From Occultella glacieicola (GTDB lineage: Bacteria > Actinomycetota > Actinomycetes > Actinomycetales > Beutenbergiaceae): a stretch of DNA of 64,000 bases. Positions within the stretch are counted from its first letter, which is position 1, and every line of letters begins with the position of its first letter. The translations under genes and the position numbers were made by a program. The notes under the pieces were generated by a model. That model ran no database searches, was not told where the DNA came from, and saw only the letters and a list, made by a program, of their open reading frames with translations. Positions 20,555 through 30,774 of the stretch are shown piece after piece. The stretch spans positions 1-64,000 of the forward strand of contig NZ_SMNA01000005.1 of the NCBI RefSeq assembly GCF_004353825.1, in the 5' to 3' direction.

Positions 20555-21682
20555 CTACCGCATGCTGGACAGGCGCTGCGCGGCCGCCCGGATCCGTTCG
20601 TCGGGCGCGGTCAACGCGATCCGCACGTGACCGGTGGCGGCCTCGCCGTAGAACGCCCCGGGCCCGGCCAGGATGCCGTGGTCGGCCAGGTCGCCGAGGG
20701 TGCTCCAGCAGTCACCACCACCGGCGACGGGCCGGATCCACAGATACAGGCCCGCCTCGGAGTGGTCGACGGCGTAGCCCGCCGTGGTCAGGGCGCTCAC
20801 CAACAGCTCCCGGCGAGCGCCGTATGTCGCCCGTTGGGCGGCCACGTGGGCGTCGTCGCCGAGGGCGGCCGTCATGGCGGCCTGGACCGGCGCCGGGATC
20901 ATCATGCCCATGTGCCGGCGCAGCAGCAGGATCGAGGCGATCAGGCTCGGGTCGCCGGCCGCGAACGCGGCGCGGTAGCCGGCCAGGTTGGACTGCTTCG
21001 ACAGCGAGTAGACGACCAGGAGACCGGTGTGATCGCCCGAGGCGACCGATTCCTGCAGAAGGCACGGGACGCCGTCGTCCGTCCACGGCGCGACCCACGG
21101 GAGCTGTGCGTAGCACTCGTCGGACGCGACCACCGCCCCGACCTCCCGGGCTGCGCGGACCACGCCGCGCAGTCGCTCGGCGCCGAGGACCTGCCCGGTC
21201 GGGTTGCTGGGTGAGTTCACCCAGACCAGCCGGACGGCGGGGTCACCGGCCCAGGCGGCGACGTCGTCGGCGACCAGCACCTCCGCCCCGGCCAGGCGGG
21301 CGCCCACGTCATACGTGGGATAGGCGGCGCTCGGCACCACGACCTTGTCCCCGGGGCCGAGCCCCAGCAGCGACGGCAGCGCGGCCACGAACTCCTTCGA
21401 ACCGATCGTGGGCAGCACCCCGTCCGGGTCCAGACCGTTCACGCCGCGGCATCGTGCGAACCAGTCCACGACCGCCGCCCGCAGCGCGGGGGTGCCGTGC
21501 GCTGTCGGATATCCGGGGGCGTCTGCGGCGGCCCGGAGCGCGTCCTGGACCACCTGCGGGGTCGGGTCGACGGGCGTGCCGATCGACAGGTCCACGACCC
21601 CGCCGGGGTGCCGTCGGGCCCGCTCGACGTAGGGGGCGAGCGCGTCCCACGGGTAGGCGTCGCTGAGCTGGACGAAGCCCAC
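20555..21682 (-). CDS. dapC: Succinyldiaminopimelate transaminase
   Basis: DLSIGTPVDP, NSPSNPTG, SDECY and SLSKQSNLAGYR (PLP lysine); follows fdxA. Confidence 0.93.
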   Translation of the reverse strand: MGFVQLSDAYPWDALAPYVERARRHPGGVVDLSIGTPVDPTPQVVQDALRAAADAPGYPTAHGTPALRAAVVDWFARCRGVNGLDPDGVLPTIGSKEFVAALPSLLGLGPGDKVVVPSAAYPTYDVGARLAGAEVLVADDVAAWAGDPAVRLVWVNSPSNPTGQVLGAERLRGVVRAAREVGAVVASDECYAQLPWVAPWTDDGVPCLLQESVASGDHTGLLVVYSLSKQSNLAGYRAAFAAGDPSLIASILLLRRHMGMMIPAPVQAAMTAALGDDAHVAAQRATYGARRELLVSALTTAGYAVDHSEAGLYLWIRPVAGGGDCWSTLGDLADHGILAGPGAFYGEAATGHVRIALTAPDERIRAAAQRLSSMR

Positions 21683-21685
21683 GCC

Positions 21686-22006
21686 TCACTCGCCCTGCGG
21701 CGGGAGCGCGGCGATGATCGGGTGGTCCTTCTCGATCAGACCCATCTTGGCTGCGCCACCGGGCGAGCCGATGTCGTCGAAGAAGTCCACGTTGGCGCGG
21801 TAGTACTCCGACCACTGGGAGGGCACGTCGTCCTCGAAGTAGATCGCCTCGACAGGGCAGACCGGCTCGCAGGCCCCGCAGTCCACGCATTCGTCCGGGT
21901 GGATGTACAACGAGCGTTGGCCCTCGTAGATGCAGTCGACGGGACACTCGTCGATGCAGGCCTTGTCCTTGACGTCCACACAGGGCTGCGCGATCACGTA
22001 GGTCAT
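21686..22006 (-). CDS. fdxA: 7Fe ferredoxin
   Basis: [26 protein letters not shown] and [12 protein letters not shown]. Confidence 0.97.
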   Translation of the reverse strand: MTYVIAQPCVDVKDKACIDECPVDCIYEGQRSLYIHPDECVDCGACEPVCPVEAIYFEDDVPSQWSEYYRANVDFFDDIGSPGGAAKMGLIEKDHPIIAALPPQGE

Positions 22007-22132
22007 GGATGGTCCCTCCTGAACCTTGCTGGCGGCGTCACGAATCAACCGCCGCCGGGGCTGCTCCGCCTAGTATCTCCCATCAGAGGGTGACGGCGTG
22101 ATTCGTTCCGCGCCGCGCCCGGAGGGGAGTCC

Positions 22133-22381
22133 ATGGTCGACGAACGCGAGCCCAGCGGCACGCTGCCGCCGTTCTGGCATGGCTGGCAGGTGGGTGAGCG
22201 CGTCGTGGTCCGCTACCGGCTCGAGGCAGGCGGGGTCAGCGACGCCCTCGGTGAGCTCGTCCGGGTGGACGAGTCCGGCGTCGAGGTCGCCACCCGGCAC
22301 GGGCTGGTGGCGGTCGAGGCCGGCGACATCGCGCTGGGCAAGCGGGTGCCACCGGCGCCGCCGCGACGGGTGCGCGGCTGA
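22133..22381 (+). CDS. Small stand-alone SH3-like protein resembling the N-terminal domain of Rv0428c-type acetyltransferases
   Basis: VGERVVVRYRL..SDALGEL..GKRVPP pattern; divergent from fdxA. Confidence 0.65.
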   Translation: MVDEREPSGTLPPFWHGWQVGERVVVRYRLEAGGVSDALGELVRVDESGVEVATRHGLVAVEAGDIALGKRVPPAPPRRVRG

Positions 22382-22411
22382 GGCGGCAGCGGCAGCCGGC
22401 CTGGGCTACCG

Positions 22412-24445
22412 TCAGCCGGCGTCGTCGGCGTCGGCGTCCTCGGCCGACGGCGCAGGTCCGCAGATCACCCGGTTCCAGGCCGAGTAGCGGTGGCTGTAGG
22501 TGTCGTCGGTGATCACCTCGCCGTCGCGGGAGACGGTCCTGGTGACGTTGACCGAGAACCCGTTGGAGCCTCCCCGCTCCGGGGTGCAGTTCGCCGAGGT
22601 GTTGTAGACGGTCTGGGGCGACGTGAAGTTGTACCGGCTGCCGGTGGTGATGTTCACGTCGAACACGTCGGTGCCCCAGAGGGTGACGACCACCTCGTCA
22701 TCGGTGACGTAGGCCTGGATGAGCACGCCGTAGCCGGTGTTGTTCTCCCAGACCATGTCGATGCTGGGGTCGTACACGGTGGCCTCGCGGCCCTCGGGGT
22801 AACGGGAGAACCATCGTGAGTGGGGCTGGTGGGTGACATCGGTCAGCCCGGCCTCGAAGCCGGCGTTGAATGACGTCGTGGAGACCTGGGACAGGCCACC
22901 ACCGATCGCCTCGCTCTCGAACCCGTTCACGACCACGCCGGAGACGCTGTAGCCGTTCGCCGAGGTGATCGGCCGGAGCGCGTCGAGCAGGGAGAACTGC
23001 TCACCCGGGAGCACCAGGGTGCCGTTGATGTGCGCGGTCCCGGCGAGCAGGTTCTGGGTCCGGGTCGGGTCGTGCGGGTACGGGGTGGCGTAGGTGCCGA
23101 TGACCTCGGTGACGCCGAGCGCCTCGGCGTCCGCGGTGGAGAACTCCGCCTCCGTCTGGGTCAGCTCGAGGGTGGCGGTCCGGGCCGCCGGGTCCGGGTT
23201 CACCGCGGCGGCGCGGACGGTCTCGGCGAGCGCGGCCGGGTCCAGCCCGGTGCCGGTGACGGCCGGGACGATGGTCGGTCCGTTGTCGCCGAGCACGATC
23301 TGTGCGTCCTTGGGGGTCTCGCCGATCGAGGGGACCTTCGTCGTGACCAGGTCGCCGAGCGCCATGCCGTCCATGGTGAGCGTGAGGGTGGCCCCGTCCA
23401 CGGCGATCGTGGCGGCGGACGCCAGTTCGGCCGGGGTGAGTTCGGCCGTCGTGTCGTTGACGGCGACCGTGACCGGGCCGCTCAGCATCGGCTCGACCTG
23501 CTCGGTCATCGCCGCCGCGATCACGTCGGAGTCGACCGTCGGGCTGGTCGCCTCCGACGGGAGCTCCAGCGGGCGCGGCGCGGTGAGCCATTCGGCGGCG
23601 AGCACCTCGCTCGCGCCCTCGACGTCGAGCCCGACGCCGTCGGCGGGTTCGGTGATGGCGGCGGCACCGTCCACGAACTCGATGACACCTTCTGTGGGCG
23701 GCACATCGAGGCTCTGGGCGAGAGCGGCCACGGCAGCGTCGAGGGCGGCCTCGTCGACCGTGGACACGACCGGCTGGTCGCCAAGGCCGAACACGTGACC
23801 GAGCACGACCCGCGGGTCGAGGGTGAACCCGGTGATCCGGGCCACGGTGGCCTCCGCGTCCACATCGAGCCCGGCGGTGGTCGGGTCGAGCTCGCCGGAG
23901 GCGTCGCCGTACGCCACCGGGACGGGGCTGATGCGAGCCTCCGCGAGGCCCTCGTCGAGGGTGCGGACGGCGTCGTCGACCGCCAGACCCGAGATGTCCA
24001 CGCCGGCCACCCGGGTGTCGCCAGGCACCCGGTCACCGAGGAACCAGGCCCCCGCCGCATAGGCGCCGGCGAGCACGACGATCACGGCAGCCGTCCAGAT
24101 CAGCGCCTTCTTGGCCCGCCCCGTGCGCTTGCCCTTCGGCTTGCGTCCCTTGCCACCAGCTGCCACTGCGCTCTCGTCCCCTGCTGGTTCATCCCGTCCA
24201 CCGGCGGACTCGCCGGCGACCACGTCATCGAGATCGGGGGCCGGCTCGGCCGCTGCGGCTGGCTCGACGGGGACCTCGGGCTCCGCGACCTGCGCGTCGA
24301 TCACCTGCGTCGCCGCGGCATCCGTGGGCTCAGCGGGCGTGGCGCCCTGCTGTGCCTCTTCGGAGCCGTCGGGACCGTCGGTCCCGGCGGCCGTGTCCGG
24401 CGTGTCGTGTTCGTGTCGCAAGCAGATGTCCTTCGTGTCGGCCAC
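22412..24445 (-). CDS. VanW-family membrane protein with peptidoglycan-binding-type repeats
   Basis: Acidic disordered N-terminus, one hydrophobic segment, GGGLSQVSTT and HQPHSRWFSRYPEGREAT. Confidence 0.88.
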   Translation of the reverse strand: MADTKDICLRHEHDTPDTAAGTDGPDGSEEAQQGATPAEPTDAAATQVIDAQVAEPEVPVEPAAAAEPAPDLDDVVAGESAGGRDEPAGDESAVAAGGKGRKPKGKRTGRAKKALIWTAAVIVVLAGAYAAGAWFLGDRVPGDTRVAGVDISGLAVDDAVRTLDEGLAEARISPVPVAYGDASGELDPTTAGLDVDAEATVARITGFTLDPRVVLGHVFGLGDQPVVSTVDEAALDAAVAALAQSLDVPPTEGVIEFVDGAAAITEPADGVGLDVEGASEVLAAEWLTAPRPLELPSEATSPTVDSDVIAAAMTEQVEPMLSGPVTVAVNDTTAELTPAELASAATIAVDGATLTLTMDGMALGDLVTTKVPSIGETPKDAQIVLGDNGPTIVPAVTGTGLDPAALAETVRAAAVNPDPAARTATLELTQTEAEFSTADAEALGVTEVIGTYATPYPHDPTRTQNLLAGTAHINGTLVLPGEQFSLLDALRPITSANGYSVSGVVVNGFESEAIGGGLSQVSTTSFNAGFEAGLTDVTHQPHSRWFSRYPEGREATVYDPSIDMVWENNTGYGVLIQAYVTDDEVVVTLWGTDVFDVNITTGSRYNFTSPQTVYNTSANCTPERGGSNGFSVNVTRTVSRDGEVITDDTYSHRYSAWNRVICGPAPSAEDADADDAG

Positions 24446-24530
24446 CCGACGTGGCCCCCCGGCGCGCCATTCTACCGGCCCCCAATACCACGCCCGTGCA
24501 CCTCGATGGTCGGATGAGGCAACGAAAGTG

Positions 24531-25049
24531 TCACGGAATCGTGGTCATCCGTCCATGGAAATGCAGGATCGCACCGCCCGCACCGGGCACCCGCGCCGCA
24601 GCCAGGACCCGGCCGACGACGACGTCGTGGGAGGCCGCCGTCCGGATCCACTCCGTCTCACACTCCAGCCAGGCGCTCGCGCCGTCCAGGATCGCCGCCC
24701 CGCTGACCTCGCCCCGACGGTGCGCGATCGTGGCGAGCTGACCGAAGGCGGGCCGGCCGGGGGTGGCCAGCCAGTCCGCCGCGGCGAGGGCGTCGCCGCC
24801 GAGGATGCTGGCGGCCCAGCGCGCGCCGGGTTCGACGGCCTCCCGCAGCCGGGCGTCCGAGTGCACGCAGAACAGCACGGTGGGCGGGTCGAGGGAGACC
24901 GAGACCAGGGACGTCGCGGTCATCGCGAGATCCTGGTTGCCGTGGCGCACCGCCACCACGCTCACCCCGGAGGCGAGCCGGGACATGGTCGCCCGGAACT
25001 CCTCCCGGGCCTCCTCGCTCACCTCGGAGCCCGGCTCAGACGTCGTCAC
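24531..25049 (-). CDS. Flavin reductase family protein
   Basis: FRATMSRLASGVSVV, SVSLDPP and SHDVVVGRV motifs. Confidence 0.9.
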   Translation of the reverse strand: MTTSEPGSEVSEEAREEFRATMSRLASGVSVVAVRHGNQDLAMTATSLVSVSLDPPTVLFCVHSDARLREAVEPGARWAASILGGDALAAADWLATPGRPAFGQLATIAHRRGEVSGAAILDGASAWLECETEWIRTAASHDVVVGRVLAAARVPGAGGAILHFHGRMTTIP

Positions 25050-26619
25050 GGAACCACCTCCGCGGCGCGAAGGCCCCGAGGAGCACGGCGAACATGACAC
25101 CGAACAGCCAGGCGATACCGATCGAGTCGTCGGCGACGATCACGTCGCCGCCGGGCCCGAGGTAGGTCATCGCGAGCACGGTGAGCACCACCCCGGCGCC
25201 ATAGCCGAGGAGTCCACGGGCGTCGGCGAAGGTCCGCGCCAGGACGCCGGCGGCGAGGACGGCCACCAGGCCGATGACGAGGCCCCAGGGCTCGGACCAC
25301 CGGTGGAACGCGGTGCCGGTGGCACCGAGGATGACCCCGAGCAGGACGGAGAAGACCGTCATCACCGGCGGGTACCACGACGGCGGTGGCTCCGGGTCGG
25401 CACCGGACCGGTCGTCGGCATCGGGCCGAGCACCGGCACCGGCACCGACGTCCGCACCGGCGGGTGCGCCGGCCGGTTCGCCGTTCCGGGCCGCCGGGAC
25501 CCGTGCCAGGAGCCGCTGCAGGTCCGCGCGGGTGCCGTGCCCGGCGGCGACCTGCAGGCCGGCCCGCGCGGGGATCGGCGCCAGGATGTCGTTGCTGAGC
25601 GCGAACCACCCGACCGCGTCCACCGCGTCGACCCGGGTGGCGAGCTGCACCTGGGTGCGGTGCGCCGTCATGGCGGCCACGACCTGCCCGGCCACCGTGG
25701 TGACGTCGACCTCGAAGTCCACCTCGCCGTCGGGCACCACCTGGCTGGCCAGCTCGCCGTCCGGCTCCGGCACGGACAGCGCGCCCCCGTTCACGCCCGT
25801 CCGGGGACGATCGGGGTGGGTCTGCAGCCACGCGGTGGCCCGCCGGGACGCCTGCGCCCCCCGCACCGAGAACGCCACGATCGGTACCCGCCACGGACCG
25901 CCACCCCCGCCAACACCCCGATGTTCGCCCCCGATGCCCCCAAGTTCGCCCTCGGCGACGCCCCGAGTGCGCGGTTCCCCCCGGTCACCGTCCGCGTGAG
26001 CCGTGGGAAGCGCGCGTTCGGCGGCGCCGGAGCGGGGTGAGGGGGCGGGCGAGATGGCGGTCGAGGGGTCGGTCGGGCCGGCGGCCAGTTCGACGGCGCG
26101 CATGGTGACCCGATGGATGTGCACGTGATCGGGATGCCCGTAACCGCCGTCGGGCTCCTCGGTGATCACCAGGTCGGGCCGCTGCGCCCGGATCAGCCCG
26201 GCCAACAGCCGGGCGGGGCCCTCGACGCCCGCACGCGAGAACGCGTCCGGCGTGGCGTCGGCGGCTGGCACGGCCCGCACCGTGGAGCCCGGGGCCCAGG
26301 CCATGCCGGAGTCGGTGTAGGACGCGGTACCCGGCTCGGCGACGGAGTCGAGGAAGACGTGCCGGCGCACCCCGAGGGCGGCCAGGGCGGCGGACAACTC
26401 GGCCTCCCGCACGGCGGCGAGGCCCTGCCCGTCCCCCTCCAGGTGCTTGAGGTCGCCCGGGATCACCTCGCCCCGTTCACCTCGGGTCGCGGTCACCACG
26501 GTGACGTCGGCACCGGCTGCGAGTCTGGCCAGGACCGCTCCGGCACCGAGGGTCTCGTCGTCGGGGTGGGCGAACGTCGCCAGCACGCGCACCGCCCCGG
26601 CGGGAATCGGATCTGTCAC
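25036..26619 (-). CDS. mshB: PIG-L-family deacetylase (MshB-like) with a fused C-terminal membrane domain
   Basis: AHPDDE, TRGERGE, DSGM, GGYGHPDH, AHRTQ and FALSN motifs; lies between typA and fdxA; four C-terminal hydrophobic segments. Confidence 0.75.
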   Translation of the reverse strand: MTDPIPAGAVRVLATFAHPDDETLGAGAVLARLAAGADVTVVTATRGERGEVIPGDLKHLEGDGQGLAAVREAELSAALAALGVRRHVFLDSVAEPGTASYTDSGMAWAPGSTVRAVPAADATPDAFSRAGVEGPARLLAGLIRAQRPDLVITEEPDGGYGHPDHVHIHRVTMRAVELAAGPTDPSTAISPAPSPRSGAAERALPTAHADGDRGEPRTRGVAEGELGGIGGEHRGVGGGGGPWRVPIVAFSVRGAQASRRATAWLQTHPDRPRTGVNGGALSVPEPDGELASQVVPDGEVDFEVDVTTVAGQVVAAMTAHRTQVQLATRVDAVDAVGWFALSNDILAPIPARAGLQVAAGHGTRADLQRLLARVPAARNGEPAGAPAGADVGAGAGARPDADDRSGADPEPPPSWYPPVMTVFSVLLGVILGATGTAFHRWSEPWGLVIGLVAVLAAGVLARTFADARGLLGYGAGVVLTVLAMTYLGPGGDVIVADDSIGIAWLFGVMFAVLLGAFAPRRWFRDDV

Positions 26620-26680
26620 CGGAGCATCCTCGCACCACCGGCCGCGCGCTCGCGCACCCGGCCGCACGGGGCCGGCGGGC

Positions 26681-28609
26681 TCAGGCCTTCCGGGCGCGGG
26701 ACGCCGCCTTGCTGCGGTCGTTCTGGTCGAGGATCACCTTGCGGATCCGCACGGCCGTCGGGGTGACCTCGACACACTCGTCGTCGCGGGCGAACTCGAG
26801 GGACTCCTCGAGGGTGAGCTTGCGCGGCGGGACCACGTTCTCGAACGACTCCGAGGTGGCGGAGCGGATGTTGTTGAGCTTCTTCTCCTTGGTGATGTTC
26901 ACGTCCATGTCGTCACCACGTGAGTTCTCGCCGACGATCTGGCCCTCGTACACCTCGGAGGTCGCCTCGATGAAGAACGAGCCGCGCTCCTGCAGGTTCA
27001 GCATCGCGAACGGCGTCGCCACCCCGGCACGGTCGGCCACCAGGGAGCCGGTGGTCCGGAACTCGATCGGGCCGGCCCACGGCTCGTACCCCTCGGCGAT
27101 GGAGGAGGCGATCCCGGTGCCACGGGTGTCGGTCAGGAACCGGGTCCGGAACCCGATCAGGCCACGGGCCGGGACCAGGAACTCCATCCGCACCCAGCCG
27201 GTGCCGTGGTTGGACATGTTCTCCATGCGACCCTTGCGGGCCGCGAGCAGCTGGGTGACCGCGCCGAGGTACTCCTCGGGCACGTCGATGGTCATCCGCT
27301 CGACCGGCTCGTGCACCTTGCCGTCGACCTCGCGGGTGACCACCTGCGGCTTGCCGACGGTCAGTTCGAAGCCCTCACGGCGCATCTGTTCCACCAGGAT
27401 GGCCAGCGCCAGCTCGCCGCGGCCCTGCACCTCCCAGGCGTCCGGGCGTTCCGTGGGGAGCACCTTGAGCGAGACGTTGCCGATCAGCTCGCGGTCGAGG
27501 CGGTCCTTCACCTGACGTGCGGTGACCTTGGACCCCTTCTCCCGGCCGGCCAGCGGGGAGGTGTTGATCCCGATGGTCATCGAGATCGCCGGGTCGTCCA
27601 CGGTGATCAGCGGCAGCGGGCGCGGGTCCTCGGCGTCGGTGAGGGTCTCCCCGATGGTGATGTCCTCGATGCCGGCGACCGCGACGATGTCCCCGGGGTT
27701 CGCGACGTCCGTCGGCACCCGGTCCAGCGCCTTGGTGCGCAGCAGTTCACTGATCCGCACGTTCTGCAGGCTGCCGTCGCGGCGGGCCCACGCGACCGTC
27801 TGGCCCTTGCGCAGCGTCCCGTTGTAGATGCGCAGCAGCGCCAGGCGACCGAGAAACGGCGAGGCGTCGAGGTTCGTCACGTGCGCCTGCAGCGGTGCGT
27901 CCTCGGTGTAGGAGGGGGCCGGGATACGCTCGAGGATGGTGCTGAACAGCGGCTCGAGGTCCGGCGAGTCCGGCAGTTCGCCGTCGGCGGGCTGGGTGAT
28001 GCTGGCGCGGCCCGCCTTCGCGGAGGCGTACACGACCGGGACGTCGAGGATCGCGTCCAGGTCCAGGTCGGGCGCCTCGTCGGAGAGGTCGGAGGCGAGG
28101 GAGAGCAGCAGGTCCTGGGCCTCCCCGACCACCTCGGTGATCCGGGCGTCCGGTCGGTCGACCTTGTTCACGACGAGGATCACCGGCAGGTTCGCCGCGA
28201 GCGCCTTGCGGAGCACGAACCGGGTCTGCGGCAGCGGGCCCTCGGACGCATCCACGAGCAGCACCACGCCGTCCACCATGGACAGCCCACGCTCCACCTC
28301 GCCACCGAAGTCGGCGTGCCCCGGGGTGTCGATGACGTTGATCGTCACGCCCTCGGCGTGGCCCGCGGCGGCAGCGGCCGGGCCGGCGTACTCCACCGCG
28401 GTGTTCTTCGCGAGGATCGTGATCCCCTTCTCGCGCTCGAGGTCACCGGAGTCCATGGCGCGCTCGTCCACGTGGTCGTGCGCTCCGAACGCACCGGACT
28501 GCCACAGCATCGCGTCCACCAGGGTCGTCTTGCCGTGGTCGACGTGCGCGACGATCGCGACGTTGCGCAGATCGGTGCGCTGCAGCAGGCCAGTCGTGGG
28601 CACACTCAT
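26681..28609 (-). CDS. typA: Translational GTPase TypA/BipA
   Basis: AHVDHGKTT, DTPGHADF, NKVD and VQGRGEL motifs. Confidence 0.97.
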   Translation of the reverse strand: MSVPTTGLLQRTDLRNVAIVAHVDHGKTTLVDAMLWQSGAFGAHDHVDERAMDSGDLEREKGITILAKNTAVEYAGPAAAAAGHAEGVTINVIDTPGHADFGGEVERGLSMVDGVVLLVDASEGPLPQTRFVLRKALAANLPVILVVNKVDRPDARITEVVGEAQDLLLSLASDLSDEAPDLDLDAILDVPVVYASAKAGRASITQPADGELPDSPDLEPLFSTILERIPAPSYTEDAPLQAHVTNLDASPFLGRLALLRIYNGTLRKGQTVAWARRDGSLQNVRISELLRTKALDRVPTDVANPGDIVAVAGIEDITIGETLTDAEDPRPLPLITVDDPAISMTIGINTSPLAGREKGSKVTARQVKDRLDRELIGNVSLKVLPTERPDAWEVQGRGELALAILVEQMRREGFELTVGKPQVVTREVDGKVHEPVERMTIDVPEEYLGAVTQLLAARKGRMENMSNHGTGWVRMEFLVPARGLIGFRTRFLTDTRGTGIASSIAEGYEPWAGPIEFRTTGSLVADRAGVATPFAMLNLQERGSFFIEATSEVYEGQIVGENSRGDDMDVNITKEKKLNNIRSATSESFENVVPPRKLTLEESLEFARDDECVEVTPTAVRIRKVILDQNDRSKAASRARKA

Positions 28610-28805
28610 CCGCAGTACTCAATTCCGAGAGGGGGAAGGGGGAACGCGCCAATCCATCACGGGGCGCCGACATCATCCTACCGGCGTCCGCCAGTCGCAC
28701 CTAGTGGCGAGTGCCGTCGTGGCGGTGAGGTGGCCCACACCGCCGACGCAGCCCACACCCCCGGGACACGGCAGGACCCGGCGGTGCACCCCGCCGGGCC
28801 CTGCA

Positions 28806-28853
28806 GTGTTGCCGTGTTGCCGTGTTGCCGTGTTGCCGTGTTGCGAGGTTGCG
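28806..28853. repeat. Tandem octamer (GTGTTGCC)x4 plus two degenerate units
   Basis: Directly visible just downstream of the ABC ATPase stop codon. Confidence 0.9.
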
Positions 28854-28858
28854 AGCGC

Positions 28859-30688
28859 CTAGACCCCGGTGCCGGAGCTGCGCTGGGTGTCCATCCCGGC
28901 CAGGGGGTCGCCGCCCGCGTGCTCGGCTCCGTACTCGTCCTCCGCGGCGAGTTCCGCCACCGCCGCGCTGAGCAGCGCGTCGCGGGTCTCCCGGCGCACC
29001 CTCTGCTCCTCGGGGTTCGGCACCGGAACCGCCGCGATCAGCCGCTGCGTGTACGGGTCCTGGGGATTGTTCACGATCTGCCCGGTCGGGCCGATCTCGA
29101 CGAGCTTGCCGTGGTGCATCACGGCGATCCGGCTGGACAGCATCTCCACCACGGCGAGGTCGTGGCTGATGAACAGGCACGCGAACCCGTGCTCGCGCTG
29201 CAGCTCACTGAACAGTTCCAGCACATGGGCCTGCACCGACACGTCGAGCGCGGACGTCGGCTCGTCGGCGACCAGCAACGCGGGCTCGAGGCTGAGCGCC
29301 CGGGCGATGCCGACACGCTGACGCTGACCACCGGAGAGCTCATGCGGGTAGCGGTTCCGCATGGACCGCGGCAGCTCGACCTGGTCCAGCAGGATGTCGA
29401 TCCGCTTCGTCAGCTCGGCGCCCTTGATGCCGGTGTGCAGCATCAGCGGCTCACCGATGGACTCCCCGATCGGCAGCCGCGGGTTCAGCGAGGAGCCCGG
29501 GTCCTGGAACACGATGCCGATCGACTTGCGCAGCTCGCGCAACTCCTTGGGTCCGATACCGACCATGTCGGCGCCGTTGATGGTCAGCGAGCCGCCGGTC
29601 ACCGGGAGCAGCCCCACCACGGCCCGGCCGATGGTCGTCTTGCCGGAGCCGGACTCCCCCACCAGACCGACGACCTCGCCACGGTTGATGCTCAGGTCGA
29701 CGCCGTCGACCGCCTTGAACGCGGGCGTGCGGCCACGCTTGGGGTACTCGATCTCCATGCCGACGGCGTCCATCACCCGCTCGCCGAACGGCGCCTCCGC
29801 CTTCGTGTGCTTCGAGGACGGCGACCCCGTCGGTGCGGGCTCGGTCACCTCGGCCCGGCTGTGGGCACCGAGGTGCGGCACCGCGCCGAGGAGTTCCTTC
29901 GTGTACTCGTGTTCGGGGTGGTTGAAGATCTTGTCGGCAGTGCCGTGCTCGACGACCCGGCCCCGGCGCATGACGATGATCTTGTCCGCCATGTCCGCGA
30001 CCACGCCCATGTCGTGGGTGATCAGGACGATCCCGGAGTCGATCCGGGAGCGCAGGTCCCGCATCAGCTTGAGGATCTCGGCCTGCACGGTCACGTCCAG
30101 GGCCGTCGTCGGCTCGTCCGCGATGAGCAGCTTCGGGTCGCACGAGAGGGACTGGGCGATCATGGCGCGCTGGCGCTGGCCACCGGAGAGCTGGTGCGGG
30201 TAGGAGTGGAAGCGCACCTCCGGGTTCGGCATCTCCACGAGCCGGAGGAGCTCGAGCGCTCGTTCCTTCGCCGCCGCGGGGCCCATGTCGAAGTGGGTCC
30301 GGAGCGTCTCGACGATCTGGAACCCGACCGTGTACACGGGGTTCAGGGCCGTCATCGGCTCCTGGAAGATGACCGAGATCTCCTTGCCCCGGATCTTGCG
30401 CATCGCCGGGCCGGTCAGGCCGATCAGCTCGTTGCCACCGATCTGCGCGCTGCCGCTGGCGCGCCCGTTCGGGGGCAGCAGGCCGAGCAGCGACATCGAC
30501 GACTGGCTCTTGCCGGAGCCGGACTCACCGACGATGGCGAGCACCTCACCCGGGTGCACGTCGTAGCTGATGTCGATCGCGGCCGGGAACCACTCGCCCT
30601 CGACGTAGAAGTCGACGTTGAGTCCGTTCACGGACAGGATGGGCACACCGGTGGGGCTGGGGGTCTCTTCGGTGGTCTGCGTGGTCAC
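28859..30688 (-). CDS. Peptide/nickel ABC transporter ATPase with two fused nucleotide-binding domains
   Basis: Two GESGSGK Walker A motifs, two LSGGQRQR signatures, two DEPT. Confidence 0.95.
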   Translation of the reverse strand: MTTQTTEETPSPTGVPILSVNGLNVDFYVEGEWFPAAIDISYDVHPGEVLAIVGESGSGKSQSSMSLLGLLPPNGRASGSAQIGGNELIGLTGPAMRKIRGKEISVIFQEPMTALNPVYTVGFQIVETLRTHFDMGPAAAKERALELLRLVEMPNPEVRFHSYPHQLSGGQRQRAMIAQSLSCDPKLLIADEPTTALDVTVQAEILKLMRDLRSRIDSGIVLITHDMGVVADMADKIIVMRRGRVVEHGTADKIFNHPEHEYTKELLGAVPHLGAHSRAEVTEPAPTGSPSSKHTKAEAPFGERVMDAVGMEIEYPKRGRTPAFKAVDGVDLSINRGEVVGLVGESGSGKTTIGRAVVGLLPVTGGSLTINGADMVGIGPKELRELRKSIGIVFQDPGSSLNPRLPIGESIGEPLMLHTGIKGAELTKRIDILLDQVELPRSMRNRYPHELSGGQRQRVGIARALSLEPALLVADEPTSALDVSVQAHVLELFSELQREHGFACLFISHDLAVVEMLSSRIAVMHHGKLVEIGPTGQIVNNPQDPYTQRLIAAVPVPNPEEQRVRRETRDALLSAAVAELAAEDEYGAEHAGGDPLAGMDTQRSSGTGV

Positions 30689-30774
30689 GCCCGCACACCT
30701 TCCTTCCTTCGGCGTCCGTGGGTCTCACGACGCTGGCGAGCAGGCCGGGAACCTGCGAGTGGGAGCATGGGGAG

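Noticed and set aside
22412..24445. vanW as evidence of glycopeptide resistance
   Set aside because: No vanHAX/vanRS genes; VanW-domain genes are a common neighbour of fdxA and mshB in actinobacteria
28806..28853. Possible CRISPR array
   Set aside because: 8-bp contiguous units, no spacers and no cas genes
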